Positions 10,471 through 21,764 of a DNA stretch of 64,000 bases are shown piece by piece (within the stretch, counting starts at the first letter, position 1; the number at the start of each line of letters is the position of its first letter). The position numbers and the translations under genes are program-made. The notes under the pieces are model-generated. The model searched no databases and was not told the origin of the DNA. It saw only the letters and a list, made by a program, of their open reading frames with translations. This stretch comes from Candidatus Bathyarchaeota archaeon. GTDB lineage: Archaea; Thermoproteota; Bathyarchaeia; 40CM-2-53-6. The stretch is taken from assembly GCA_963835925.1 (NCBI GenBank), contig CAWIHH010000004.1, positions 14,452 through 78,451 on the forward strand. Direction: 5' to 3'.

Positions 10471-11691
10471 TCACCCGGTACTATCACCGCAGTTTGGCCT
10501 ACTTGCAACCTCTCTGAATTCGCCGCATGCGATTGCAGCAACTTTCGGGGCAATGACACGCCAATCGAAATTTCGCATTACAAATTCCCGGGCGTTGAAC
10601 CCGATTCTTCGTGCGTACTTCTGGTCGCCGTGCAAATCGCGAATTATGTCCATCCAGACTCGGGGCCGACTGTTATCGACACAAAATCCGGTCTTCCCGT
10701 GCCGTATCATTTCCGGCACACCTCCAACCTTGCTTGCAACAACTGGTCTGCCAACAAGTGAAGCTTCTAGGATCGTGGTTGGACAGCAGTCAAGACCAGA
10801 CACCAGAGCGTACACATCGCATGCTGAGAGGAATCGTCTCACTTGATCCGGGTAGGCTAGATACGGTATAAATGTTACATTCTTGACACCTCGTAGCGCC
10901 ATTGCTACCTTGTTGAAATAGGGTGCCAGGCCTCGGATACTAGGTTCTCCTGCAACAACATAGAACGTGACGTCGGGCATCTGCTGTATCACGTTCCGGA
11001 ACTCAATGAGGGCTTTCACCTTTGGCCAAATGTTGTATGTCTGCATGATCCCGACATTCGGATGTTTGAGTTGCAAGCCTTTTTCCTCATAAAACAGCGA
11101 AGGATCGACGCCTTGGTAGACAACGTCAGTCCTAACGTTCCCTATTTCGGAGTGGACTCTCTCCTCAAGCCAACGGCACACAGGAATTATCAGATTAGCT
11201 GAACTCATTTCCTTATTGAGTAGGCGCCTGTAGAAGTCTGTAATCAGGTACGCTGAGAGGGCAGAAGGACTTCTCTTTGACAGGGAAGCTCGTCTCTCCC
11301 TTCTGAGAAAGGTAACCTCAGTCCAGATATCGCCCCACAAACGAATTGCATAGGCGCAACGGAGTCTAAAGAGACGCCGCATCAGCGCCAGATGCTTCGA
11401 TTGATTGAGAGGTAGATCCGTCAGCAGAAGATCTGGTCTGAACTTCACGGCGTTTCGATAGAGATCTACTGGTAACACTACGTCGGTGACTAAACTGGTC
11501 CCGCTCGTCCAAACGGGAATGATCTCGGTGTCAAAGTTGGAGGGCAGATTCCGTACAAGCATTTGCCAGAAATAGCGCGAAAAGCCCGCAGTGACAATCA
11601 GGATTCTCAAGGAGTAACCTCGATGGGACAGCTGTTTCTCAGAATCGCACAGCCACCCGGACAATGGTAGGGCGTACCATTTCTCTCGCAT
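10471..11691 (-). CDS. GT4-family glycosyltransferase
   Basis: 406 aa. The C-terminal domain reads CPTTILEASLVGRPVVASKVGGVPEMIRHGKTGF, typical of Glycos_transf_1. Confidence 0.75.
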   Translation of the reverse strand: MREKWYALPLSGWLCDSEKQLSHRGYSLRILIVTAGFSRYFWQMLVRNLPSNFDTEIIPVWTSGTSLVTDVVLPVDLYRNAVKFRPDLLLTDLPLNQSKHLALMRRLFRLRCAYAIRLWGDIWTEVTFLRRERRASLSKRSPSALSAYLITDFYRRLLNKEMSSANLIIPVCRWLEERVHSEIGNVRTDVVYQGVDPSLFYEEKGLQLKHPNVGIMQTYNIWPKVKALIEFRNVIQQMPDVTFYVVAGEPSIRGLAPYFNKVAMALRGVKNVTFIPYLAYPDQVRRFLSACDVYALVSGLDCCPTTILEASLVGRPVVASKVGGVPEMIRHGKTGFCVDNSRPRVWMDIIRDLHGDQKYARRIGFNAREFVMRNFDWRVIAPKVAAIACGEFREVASRPNCGDSTG

Positions 11692-11971
11692 TTGTCTGGC
11701 GCATGTTCGACTGCCTCATAGACTGGTAAAATGTGGATCAGTTGCCTCTACATAGCTTATGCCTCTAGGTAAGATTTGAACAGCAATCTCAATTCTTGAA
11801 TAAATAATGAGAAGGCTAGATCCTTGGCCCGATCTTTCGCTGCCTGTTGTCTCAAAAGCGGATACCCAACCCAAATTCGAGGATAGACTTCGAAAAGAGG
11901 GAATAAGGTATATTCTTTTGTGTGACCCCTGTAGACTGCATATGCCGTCTTGAACTAGGTGAAGACTGAAA

Positions 11972-12610
11972 ATGAAGGAAACCACAGAGAAAACAAGTGG
12001 AACCGTTGAATCAGCTCAGAAGAAGACTGTGAGCGGACCGGTTGAACCGCACATTAAGGAAGCAACAATCACAGGAATCATCCACAAACCCACAGGAGAC
12101 GCCCTTGGCGGAGCCTCAGTCGAGCTCGTAATTAAGAAGGTCTTTTCCAGTAGCGACGGAAACTATACGCTGAAGGTCCCTGTACCAGAAGACGGCAAAG
12201 TGACCTTAGCTATCTCCTGCATTGGTTACCAGAGCGAAACAAAAGAAGTGAAGGTCACCCCTGATGAGAGTCTGAGCTTGGATTTCACCCTAGGAAAGGG
12301 GAAGGCGTCCATCGAAGGCGACGTGTACGACAAAGACACACGAGCGAAACTCGGGGGAGCCTACGTGAGTATCGAATCACAGAGAATATACCGCGGACGA
12401 GAACGGCCACTTCGCGTTTAAGGGTTTAGACGCCGTAAAACGCTACCCGTTCACATGCTACAAAGACGGATACAAAACGGAAATATTTCTATCCGACTGG
12501 ATTCAACCAGATCAAACCCTCAAACAAGACATCTACCTGACCAAGGCGGATCCAGTCAAGGAAGCTTCCGAAGCAGCAAGTCAAGAGACGCAAGAATCGA
12601 AACAGTCCTA
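11972..12610 (+). CDS. carboxypeptidase-regulatory-like (beta-sandwich) repeat protein, frameshift near 12375
   Basis: Two G.V.D..T..PL.GA.V / DG.Y.L / GY-type repeats. The second continues in the +1 frame (EYTADENGHFAFKGL..YKDGYKTE) to a stop at 12608-12610. Confidence 0.5.
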
Positions 12611-12658
12611 AGACCGTCGCCCAACCGGCCCAACTAGAAAGACCGAGAACGCTGGAAG

Positions 12659-14051
12659 CTAGTTTGGCCTATGTCTTTTCTTGACTATGATGGTCGCGAC
12701 AAGAGCTGCCAGCGCCAGGATAAGAATCGCGATGGGAATCGTGTAATCCTGATGCCAGCGAAGCTGCAGCATATGCGGCGCATCCATAACAATAGAAATA
12801 GTGCTTGAGGTCCCCCGATAGACTCCGTCCTCGTACCATCCATCAAACGCCCAATCAGCACCAAGGATTCCGAGGTCAGCACGAATTGGGAGCGAAGTAG
12901 GCTTGGAGAACGATACTGTTGATTCGTCGTCATACCACCCGGAACCATTCAGCGGCACTAGCGAATCAATGCTGAGCCAGTGTTGCATAACGTATGTTGC
13001 CTTGAGTGTCGTATCAGATTCCAATGCAAATGTTCGATTCGAAGAGGTTGGCCCATTACTCCAATGGTCGAGCCTAAGCCTGTTGCCTGCATCAATCTCG
13101 ATATTCTCAGGTACTTCAATGGTGTGTGATCCACGTGAAAGAGATAGCTGAGAATCACCGGTTAGCGTCCACTGGTTATCTATTCTGGAGTAACTTGATT
13201 CGGCATATCGAGAGTCAACGTCAACCCTCCCACAACCCCTCTCCACAACAAATGCAAATCTTTCGGCTGACGAATTCCGCTCCCCGCGATTACAGCTCCA
13301 GCTCTCTCTGACATCACACCGTAAGGATTCTTTACGCTGTAATCCGTATTTACAGCGCGCTCTACCAGCGCATACATTGCTGTCGCATAATGCCACCCAT
13401 CACCTTTGAGGTAAGCCAGGCTTCGAAATTCCACCGGCCCCAATTGACCAAAATTTGGAGAATCACTCCCCTTCTCCGCCACAAAATAGGCAGCATCTAC
13501 AGATGTAGCCCACGTAATTGAGATGCGTGAGACTTCGTGATCGTCGAATAGGCAACTCCACGCTCCTGCAGAGTTCGGTTCAATTGAATACTTATGCCAC
13601 GTCCCATTAACGCCGAGTGCACCTGCAGGTCCTTTCACAACAGTGAAATCATTACCATTCCGGTTGGGCCAGTACTGCCATTCCCAACGAGCATCTGACA
13701 CGCCGACACGTTCAGAATCCCCTAAACACGTGAACTTCCCACAAACCGATCGGTCGTTCATACACCAAAATCCTGGCTCGTAAACATAGCCGAACTGGAT
13801 GAAACCACCATTGATGAGATTATCACCAACCCAGAAATACTGAAAGTCCACTGAATTCACAGTGTAGAGGTGAGTTCGAATCTCCACATACACTCCCCTG
13901 TTTGCTTTCGAGGCATCATCACCCAAATACCAACTTGCGGCTCGAAAGTGAGTGCTCGAACGTTGGGCACAAGCATTAGCAGGAAAAGGGCAGCCAGTAG
14001 CAGTAACTTTACTCGAAGCTGTCCTCTCACGGAGTGCCTCAGCTCGACCAT
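12659..14051 (-). CDS. secreted surface protein with C-terminal membrane anchor, at least 2 frameshifts
   Basis: The signal-peptide-like N-terminus (KLLLLAALFLLMLVPNVRA), the central domain and the anchored C-terminus (IAILILALAALVATIIVKKRHR) lie in three different overlapping frames. Confidence 0.45.
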
Positions 14052-14244
14052 CTACTTGAAACCGGTCGGATTTAGTCCTTTAGACCGCGGTATATGCATC
14101 AGAAACGTTTTTCGCCTGATTTGAGAGGCACAATTACTGCAACATGCGCGGTTCTGTGAAATGTTCCCCCAAAATCTCACGAAAATAGGTCAACCATAGC
14201 GTAGGGAATCATGGAATAGGTTCATTATTCCCACTTATCAATGC

Positions 14245-15456
14245 GTGAACAATTACTTCCAGGAATTGTCAAATGTGGTTACTATGGCGACTCCATTAGC
14301 GAGTATTGTCTCTGGCGGGATAACCAAGTTTGGGGCCCGCGAGGGCGTTTACACACGAGAACTCTTCGCTGAAGCTGTGAAAGAGGCGTTTAGCAATTGC
14401 CCCAATCTAGATCCGAGACGGGATATTCAAGGGCTCTTTGTTGGGATGATGAGCGAATCCTATGAACACCAGGCGCACGTCGCCCCTCTACTCCTCGACT
14501 GGATCGGCCTACTACCAATCCCCGCGGTTCGAACAGAAGGCGCATGCGCATCCTCGTCGGTGGCATTGAGGAACGCTATCTGTGCAATTCGCTCTGGCCT
14601 ATACGATGTTGTACTAGTGGGAGGAGTGGAGAAGATGACTCACTTCAGCACCACAGGCGTTACCGAGGTTTTGGCCATGGCCTCAGATTTCCCATTCGAA
14701 CAGTGGCATGGGATTTCCTTTCCAGGCATATTCGGAATGATGGCCGTTGACCATATGCACCGCTACGGGACCACCGAGGAGCAGATGGCCAAAGTCGCGG
14801 TCAAGAATCATGAGCATGGCCTGTTGAACCCGAAAGCACACTTCCAGAAGCGAATAACCGTGAACGATGTTCTCTCATCCAGCCGTGTAGCGTGGCCGCT
14901 GAAACTCTACGACTGCTGCCCACGCAGCGACGGTGCCAGCTGCCTGATCCTCACATCGCCAAAAATCGCGAAGAAGTTCACGGACACACCGGTGAACATT
15001 GTGGGGTCAGGTCAAGCCCAGGACACCCTAGGCCTCTTTGAACGTGAAACCTTCAGCAGCATGAAAGTTACCCGGTTGGCCTCCCAGCAGGCTTACAAGA
15101 TGGCTGGCCTCGGACCCAGCGATATTGACGTCGCTGAACTGCACGATTGCTTCACAATAGCCGAGATCATGGCCTACGAGGATCTGGGTTTCTGTGAAAC
15201 GGGCAAAGGCGGCAAGCTGATCGAAGACGGTGCGACCCAGCTAGGCGGGAAAATTCCAACGAACACAAGCGGCGGCCTCAAAGCCAAAGGACACCCTGTG
15301 GGCGCCACAGGTACAGCCCAGGCCCACGAGATCTACCTCCAACTCACCAACCAAGCGGGAAAGAGACAGGTCTCCGGAGCAAAGATCGGTCTCACCGAGA
15401 ACGTCGGCGGATCAGCCTCAACCGGAGTCGTTCACATCTACCAACGCGGAGATTGA
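14245..15456 (+). CDS. thiolase (acetyl-CoA acetyltransferase-like, archaeal type)
   Basis: Thiolase fold with the nucleophile context VRTEGACASSSVAL and the C-terminal GGLKAKGHPVGATG. The likely start is the ATG at 14284. Confidence 0.85.
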   Translation: MNNYFQELSNVVTMATPLASIVSGGITKFGAREGVYTRELFAEAVKEAFSNCPNLDPRRDIQGLFVGMMSESYEHQAHVAPLLLDWIGLLPIPAVRTEGACASSSVALRNAICAIRSGLYDVVLVGGVEKMTHFSTTGVTEVLAMASDFPFEQWHGISFPGIFGMMAVDHMHRYGTTEEQMAKVAVKNHEHGLLNPKAHFQKRITVNDVLSSSRVAWPLKLYDCCPRSDGASCLILTSPKIAKKFTDTPVNIVGSGQAQDTLGLFERETFSSMKVTRLASQQAYKMAGLGPSDIDVAELHDCFTIAEIMAYEDLGFCETGKGGKLIEDGATQLGGKIPTNTSGGLKAKGHPVGATGTAQAHEIYLQLTNQAGKRQVSGAKIGLTENVGGSASTGVVHIYQRGD

Positions 15457-15471
15457 TGGAGGAAAAGAAAA

Positions 15472-15927
15472 TTGACAGCTCCAACAACCTCAACCCAAGA
15501 ACAGAAAACCGTGTTCATACGGAACAAAGAGGGCCAAATACTACCTCTCGTTGAAAACTTCTACCTATACTGCACCGAACGCAAAATAATGGGAGTGATA
15601 TGCAAGCAGTGCGGCGCAATCATCTGTCCACCACGAACCCTATGCCCCAAATGCCTCGCCGACCAGTTCGACTGGACAGAACTAAAGGGGCGCGGAAAAC
15701 TGCTCACCTACACCATAATCCACTTCCCCCCCACCCAGTTCCAAGCACTCGCACCATACGCCGTGGGAATTGTGAAACTGGAACAAGGCCCCCAACTCTC
15801 AGGAATGATCAAAAACACGAAGCTGGAAGAGCTCAAGATCGGCATGGATATAGAGGTCGATTTTGAAATCCCCCTGCCAAAAGAGTGGCCTCGCTGGCCA
15901 AGGTACTTCTTTAAGCCCGTAAACTAA
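15472..15927 (+). CDS. DUF35 zinc-ribbon/OB-fold protein (thiolase partner)
   Basis: CKQCGAIICPPRTLCPKC zinc ribbon followed by an OB-fold-like segment. It sits immediately downstream of the thiolase, as in archaeal thiolase/HMG-CoA synthase/DUF35 complexes. Confidence 0.8.
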   Translation: MTAPTTSTQEQKTVFIRNKEGQILPLVENFYLYCTERKIMGVICKQCGAIICPPRTLCPKCLADQFDWTELKGRGKLLTYTIIHFPPTQFQALAPYAVGIVKLEQGPQLSGMIKNTKLEELKIGMDIEVDFEIPLPKEWPRWPRYFFKPVN

Positions 15928-15972
15928 GCATTAGCCAAAGTAGAGGAGCAGCAAGTAGTTCTCTAGACACAG

Positions 15973-16939
15973 GTGCAATTCGTATTGGTTGAAGGACATC
16001 TTACCGGCATATTCCCCCGCTCGGAGGAACTGGTTAAAGCCACCCGAGCAGGCGTCCGGGGAAAAATCTCACCGACCGATCTGGAGGCAATCTTCCGCCA
16101 CGACCTCGCCGCCCTAGCTCGGCTGGAGACCGAGTGTGGTCTGGATTATGTGGTGGATGGACAGTTGAATTGGCAGGACCTCTTCAGACCATTCTCAAAT
16201 CTCTTCACCGGCATCACACTCGGAAGCCTGACCAGATGGTTCGACAATAATGCATTCTACCGCAAACCCATCATAGCCGAAAAGATCCGATACTCCAAAG
16301 CCAACATCCAACAATACTTCCAAAGCAGCTTGCTCCCAGCTTCTGTGCCGAAGAAAGCGATTCTCCCTGGTCCGTTCACGTTCGCCGCCATGTCCCAAAA
16401 TGGTCCATACGACTCGTTCGCAGACCTCGTTGACGACATAGCCCACGCCCTCAAAGACATTGTCGGAGAACTGCGCAAATCCGGATACGGCTTCGTTCAG
16501 TTTGACGAACCCTCCCTCTGCGAGAACGGCAGAACCAGAAGCGAATTGGAAATAGCTCAGCATGGGTTTGAGGTCTGCGCGAAGGGGGCTGGAGTCAAGA
16601 CTAGTCTGCAGACATATTTCGGAGACGCCGGCCCAATCATCCATACCCTCCTCAACTATCCGGTCGACGGCATTGGAGTGGACTTCTACGCCACTTCACC
16701 GGACGGCCTACGACGAACATGTCTTTTCCAAAGAGCTTGGGTGCGGGTGTATAGATGGGAGAAATTCCCTACTCGAATCATTAGACGACTTGACCACATT
16801 CGTGAAGAGAATTCAAGGCGACCTGGAACCCAAGAGGCTCTCAATTGGCCCGAACTCTGACCTTCAATTCCTACCCTACCCCGTAGCGGAGAAGAAAGTG
16901 CGCACGCTGGCAGAGGCTAGGCGGAAATTGGAGGCATAG
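15973..16939 (+). CDS. MetE N-terminal-domain-like protein, frameshift near 16700
   Basis: MetE-like TIM-barrel sequence. The proper C-terminus (KELGCGCIDGRNSLLESLDDL...) is in the overlapping ORF 16562-16939. Confidence 0.65.
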
Positions 16940-16942
16940 CAA

Positions 16943-18074
16943 GTGAGCGAGAAACTCTTCCCGGTCCAGGAAATCGGGAGTCTACCTAAAGCTCCATGGC
17001 TCATCGCCTACCTCCGTGGCAAGAAAGTTGAAGACAAAGACCTGGAACACCTGAGCAAATGGTCAGAGATAATTAGCTTCGAGGAAGAACAGGAAACAAA
17101 ATCCATCCTTACCCAACCGAAAACGCCTGAAGGCGAGACGCAGATCAGGAATCTCGCCTCCCTCTTCGGATTAAGATATCTCGAGTCCGCCGGGCTGGAT
17201 TACGTCTATGATGGAGAAGCAAACCGAATCGAGATGTATGAACACCCGGTGAGAAATTCGGAAGGATTCGAATTCTACGGCCACGTCAGATCTTTCGACG
17301 ACAGATACTACCGAAAAGCCGCCTGTGTCAGAAAGGTTGGTTTCCGCAAAGCCTACCACCTTGATGAATTCCTCTACGTCAAGAAACATGCGAAACGGAA
17401 AGTCAAGGTTCCTGTGACCGGACCCTACACCGTGGCCGAGTGGTCGTTCAACGAATTCTACCAAAAACGCCTCTCAGGAAAATACAAGGACCTGCGTGAA
17501 CTCAAACGCGAAGCCAAACGGGAATTTATTCTAGACGTCGGCACGGAGATGCTCCGCCCGAACCTGCAGGCCCTGGTTAACGCCGGCGCAGGAATGGATT
17601 CAAATCGATGAACCCGCCCTAACCACGAAGCCTGACGAGGTACCATTCTTTGTGGAAGCATTCAACGCCAGCACCGATGGCATTCAATGCAAATTCAGCG
17701 TTCACATATGCTACAGCGACTACCGCAAACTGTACCCCCACATCCTGAAGCTGAAGAACTGCAGCCAGCTGGCCTTGGAGTACGCCAATCGAAGCAACGA
17801 AGAGAAGAACGCCTACGACGAACTCAAGCTAATGAAGGAATACGGCGACAGGAGTGAGGTGGGATTGGGAGTGTCCGACGTGCACATTGACGACCTGGAA
17901 AGCCCTCAACTAATTCGTGACAGAATTGTTTACCCGGCCAAAATCCTGGAAGATCCTAGAAGGATTTACGTGAACCCTGACTGCGGCTTACGCACCCGCA
18001 CCTGGGAAGTCGCCTACGCCAAATTGTGCAATATTGCGAAGGGCGCCGAATTGACGAGGCAAACAGCCTCCTAA
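16943..18074 (+). CDS. metE: cobalamin-independent methionine synthase catalytic-domain protein (MetE-like), frameshift near 17585
   Basis: VHICYSDY and NPDCGLRTR are zinc-ligand contexts. The expected AEWIQIDEPAL appears only after a 1-nt shift at gcaggaatgg. Confidence 0.75.
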
Positions 18075-18106
18075 GTTAAGTTCCCCAACCCAACATTGAA
18101 ACCGCA

Positions 18107-18998
18107 ATGCCGCCACCAAGGGAGGAGCGTCGCCCACGAAAATCACAGAGATACTAAAAGCCACCCGACCAGTCTTCTCTTTCGAATTCTTCCCCCCAAA
18201 AACAGAGGAAGCGACCATTGAACTCTACGAGACCATCAGGGAAGTGAAGAAATTGAACCCCGGCTACATCTCAGTAACATACGCTCCCGGCGGCGCAACC
18301 AGAGACAAAACCATTCGAATTGTGGAACGAGCGAAGAAGGAGATTGGTATAGAGAGTATGGCACATCTCACATGCGTCGGCCATTCGAAACAGGAAATCA
18401 AAAACATCCTAGATGAGTTGAAAAGGTCAGGAATCGAGAACGTGATCGCCCTGCGCGGCGACCCCCCGCAAGGAGAAGCGAGTTTCAAGTCTCACCCGGA
18501 GGGATTCAAGTACGCCAGCGAGCTGACTCAGTTCATCCGCTCCTCCTACCCATTCTGCATCGCCGTCGCAGGCTACCCTGAAGGCCACTCGGAATCACCG
18601 AGCAGAGAGGAAGATTGGAATCATCTCCAAGAGAAAGTGATGGCTGGAGGCGACCTCATTATTACACAACTCTTTTTCGACAACCGCAACTTCTTCACCT
18701 TCGAGAAAACAATGCACGAGAAGGGCGTGAGGGTTCCAATAATTCCAGGCATTATGCCCATAACAAATTACCGACAGATCCTCCGATTCTCGAGAATATG
18801 CGGAGCAAACATCCCTGAAACCGTTGTAAGAGACCTCGAAACCATCCAGAACGATCAAGAAGCAGTCCAGCAATACGGAATTACATTCGCAGACGCCAGT
18901 GTAAGGAGCTGATCGCCCATGGAGTTCCAGGAATACACTTCTACACCTTGAACAAATCCAAGTCAAGCCAGCGTATCTACGAAAACCTACAAAACTAG
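18107..18998 (+). CDS. metF: methylenetetrahydrofolate reductase, frameshifts near 18115 and 18895
   Basis: Motifs [19 protein letters not shown] and LRGDPP. The C-terminus [21 protein letters not shown] continues in another frame to the stop at 18996-18998. Confidence 0.75.
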
Positions 18999-19118
18999 GT
19001 TATTCAAGGCCCTCGAACAGGCAAGTCCCACAGGTTAATTTCGTACACAGTTTAAGCAGGTCGCCCGCAGCTTCAGATCTATCTAGCCAGTTCTTTTGGA
19101 ACTGGTCTGAAGGCTTCT

Positions 19119-19793
19119 CTATTCTGTTCTGATACTCTTGCCTCTAATCATGTTCACTAGGATCGGTGTTAGCATGACCAGAGTGATTCCAACCCCGCTG
19201 GGTGTTACGGCCGTAGCATTGAGAAATTCAAACGCCCCAAAGGTGGCTGGCTGGGTGAGTAATTTCGCGGTAAGCGTGAAAATGGGGAAGCTTCGCATTT
19301 GGACACCCAGGCTTATCGAGATCCAGAATGATTGGTTCACCAGGGGATAGAGTAGTGGGGTGTAGTTTGTGAAAAGGTCCATTATCAAGTGCGTCGTGAT
19401 CCCCGCACCGGCGATCAAAGTAAAGCGCCTCAGCGTTGGGTACTTGCGGCTGAGGAGGAGAATTGGGATGACGATCAACGCCAGAGTGATGGCGGAATGG
19501 CTTACCGATCTGTGCACGTGGAATAGCACGTCCAAGTCTGGCGTCATTGCTATGATCGAGCCGAATAGGACTTCACGCCAGTTCAGCCTCAATGCGCTGA
19601 AGGATGCGAAGGGAACCGCGAAATGCAGCAATGGTTCAGGCAAGCTCTCAACAACTCCGGGGAATCCACTGATCGTTCGTGGCTGTTCTTGTGCGCTATT
19701 TTGCTTTAGGGGCGCATTTTCTTTCGTGATTTTGGGCTCTCCAATATCAGATTGGATGAAATCCGCCGCGCTGGTGACCAGAATTCGTTTCAT
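19119..19793 (-). CDS. membrane-bound metal-dependent hydrolase (DUF457/YdjM-like)
   Basis: 224-aa polytopic protein with His-rich loop motifs (HVHRSVSHS, TTHLIMD). Confidence 0.5.
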   Translation of the reverse strand: MKRILVTSAADFIQSDIGEPKITKENAPLKQNSAQEQPRTISGFPGVVESLPEPLLHFAVPFASFSALRLNWREVLFGSIIAMTPDLDVLFHVHRSVSHSAITLALIVIPILLLSRKYPTLRRFTLIAGAGITTHLIMDLFTNYTPLLYPLVNQSFWISISLGVQMRSFPIFTLTAKLLTQPATFGAFEFLNATAVTPSGVGITLVMLTPILVNMIRGKSIRTE

Positions 19794-19860
19794 CTCGTTA
19801 ATTGTGCGAACATCTCTTTAGAATGGTTGTCGTTAATTTACCTCAGACCCATTATCCAAA

Positions 19861-21520
19861 TCATTCATGACCCTTCCTGATCATGTAGAGTATTCTTTTC
19901 GCATATCTCAGTCCGGGTCTCAGAAAGGTTGCGACTATTCGTGTTCTGCATAGGATGGTTTCTAGATTGGCGATATCGGACTCGCTGATGGCTCGCATGA
20001 TTGGTGCTACGGTTAGGTAGGTCACCAAATAGAGCCCTCCGCCCAGAATGAGATTGACCACACCATGCTCGGTCAGATGGAGCTGGAGTATGGCTATCGG
20101 AAACAGGGCCGAAACCATGGCCGCGATTAGTATCCTTGCGCTAGCTCCGAGATCAAGTCGCACATCGATTCTCCATGAAGCCATACGTAACCCAAACAGC
20201 GTTGAAGTCATGGTTGAAAGAAAGAAGGCTACTAGAAGGCCGTAAGGTCCCCAAAGCCATGTGAATACCCAACCCGACGGCAAGGAGAGACCGAGGGTCA
20301 GGATGCCTATGAGCAGGAGCGTTTTGGTTTCCGCCACTCCGCTGAGAAAACTTCCAAGAATCAAGTATCCAAGCCCAGTCAGGAAGTACACAGCGGAGAG
20401 CAAAATCAAGTACTGGGGAGCAAGCGCAAAAGCCCTTCCATAGGTGAGGTAAACAAGGTCCCGAAAAAACAGCAACCGCCACGGATGCAGGAAACATAAC
20501 CAGCGATGCGTACTTCACCGCCAACTTGAACGCCCTCGACAGGTTGACCCTATCGTTCACGAGCTCCATCTTGGAAAACATTGGAAAAATGGCTGTTGTG
20601 ATTGGATAGATGAGAATCATTAGAAAACTGTTGAAATTCCAAGCGGCGCTGAAATTCCCGATCTCCACGTTAGTTGCGAAATGAGTGAGAACAATGTTCT
20701 GATATTGCGTGAGGAAGACTGTGATGAGGGCAGCCAAATACAGAGGCAAGCCATAGCCGAGCAAGATGCCTAATTTCACTGGCTGGCTCTCACCCTCCTG
20801 CCTCCCAGAACGAGCATGCCTCGTGAAGAGAAGGATCGCCCCGCTCACACCTGCAATAAGGGCGCCCAGCACGTATCCAACAATCGCGCCCTCGAGTCCG
20901 AAGCCCAACAGTATGAGCGCAGGTATAAGCGCACTTTTGAAAATTGAAAACGTGATCTGAATGGCCACGCTGTACTGCATTAGATCTAATCCGATGAAAG
21001 CGTTGGTCGCCGCATCGGAAATGGATTGGAATATTATCAAGAATGCTGCCAGCCTCAAGAGAGGAGCTAATTCAGGCCTGTTCAACACAATCGCTGAAAT
21101 CGGCCCCGCACCCAAGTAGCACACCGAGAACCAGACGATGCTAACGGAGAGTTTGAGCAGAAAACCCCGCCTGATCGTTCTGCTCACCGCGAGTTGGTCA
21201 CCTTGTGACTTGAACCTCGCCGACATTCTAACGAGAGCGTAGTTCATGCCCAGGTCGGAAACATAGGCCAGGAGGACGGGGGTAAGCAGAGTCAGTATGT
21301 ATAGTCCGTAGCCTGAAGGCCCGAGCAACCGTGCGATTATGATGGCACCGACGGCCAAGATCACCGTTGAGACAGTGTTCCCAACAAAGAGGAAAAAGCC
21401 TCCGCGAGCGGCCGTCCCAGCTATCCTAGTCAAGTTCTCTGAAGACATAGCCCTCGCCTCATTCATGATACACACGTCAACATTGCTCTGTTTTGAAGGA
21501 TCGTGCACACTCAACCGCAC
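19861..21520 (-). CDS. polysaccharide/oligosaccharide flippase (MOP/Wzx family), frameshift near 20460
   Basis: Protein with 12 or more TM segments beginning MSSENLTRIAGTAARGGFFLFVGN (likely start 21448). The last approx. 190 aa are in the overlapping ORF 19861-20475. Confidence 0.7.
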
Positions 21521-21764
21521 ATTAAGCTTGTGAAACCCATTCCGTCAATGGTCTTAATCGCGAAGAGATGAGAAGGAAAACGAGCGGCGGCTCACATCAA
21601 AATGGAGCCTCGAACTCAAATTGAATTAGGCGCGAATACAGCATTCATAGATTGCGGATTTCAAGAATGCATTATTTATCGTCTCATAAGTTTGCGCACA
21701 ATCCGATGTCAAGTAAGATATACTACCCCGCCGCCCATTTTGGCAAAGTCACTGTGAGATTCTC

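Noticed and set aside
14245-15927. An expected HMG-CoA synthase gene next to the thiolase/DUF35 pair.
   Set aside because: No HMGCS-like ORF flanks the pair in this window. Upstream is a surface protein and downstream is metE-like. It is presumably encoded elsewhere and is not treated as an anomaly.
16650-17620. The frameshifts in metE-like and other genes might be programmed ribosomal frameshifting.
   Set aside because: The shifts occur in both directions, at more than 20 sites, with no common slippery heptamer or downstream structure that I could see.
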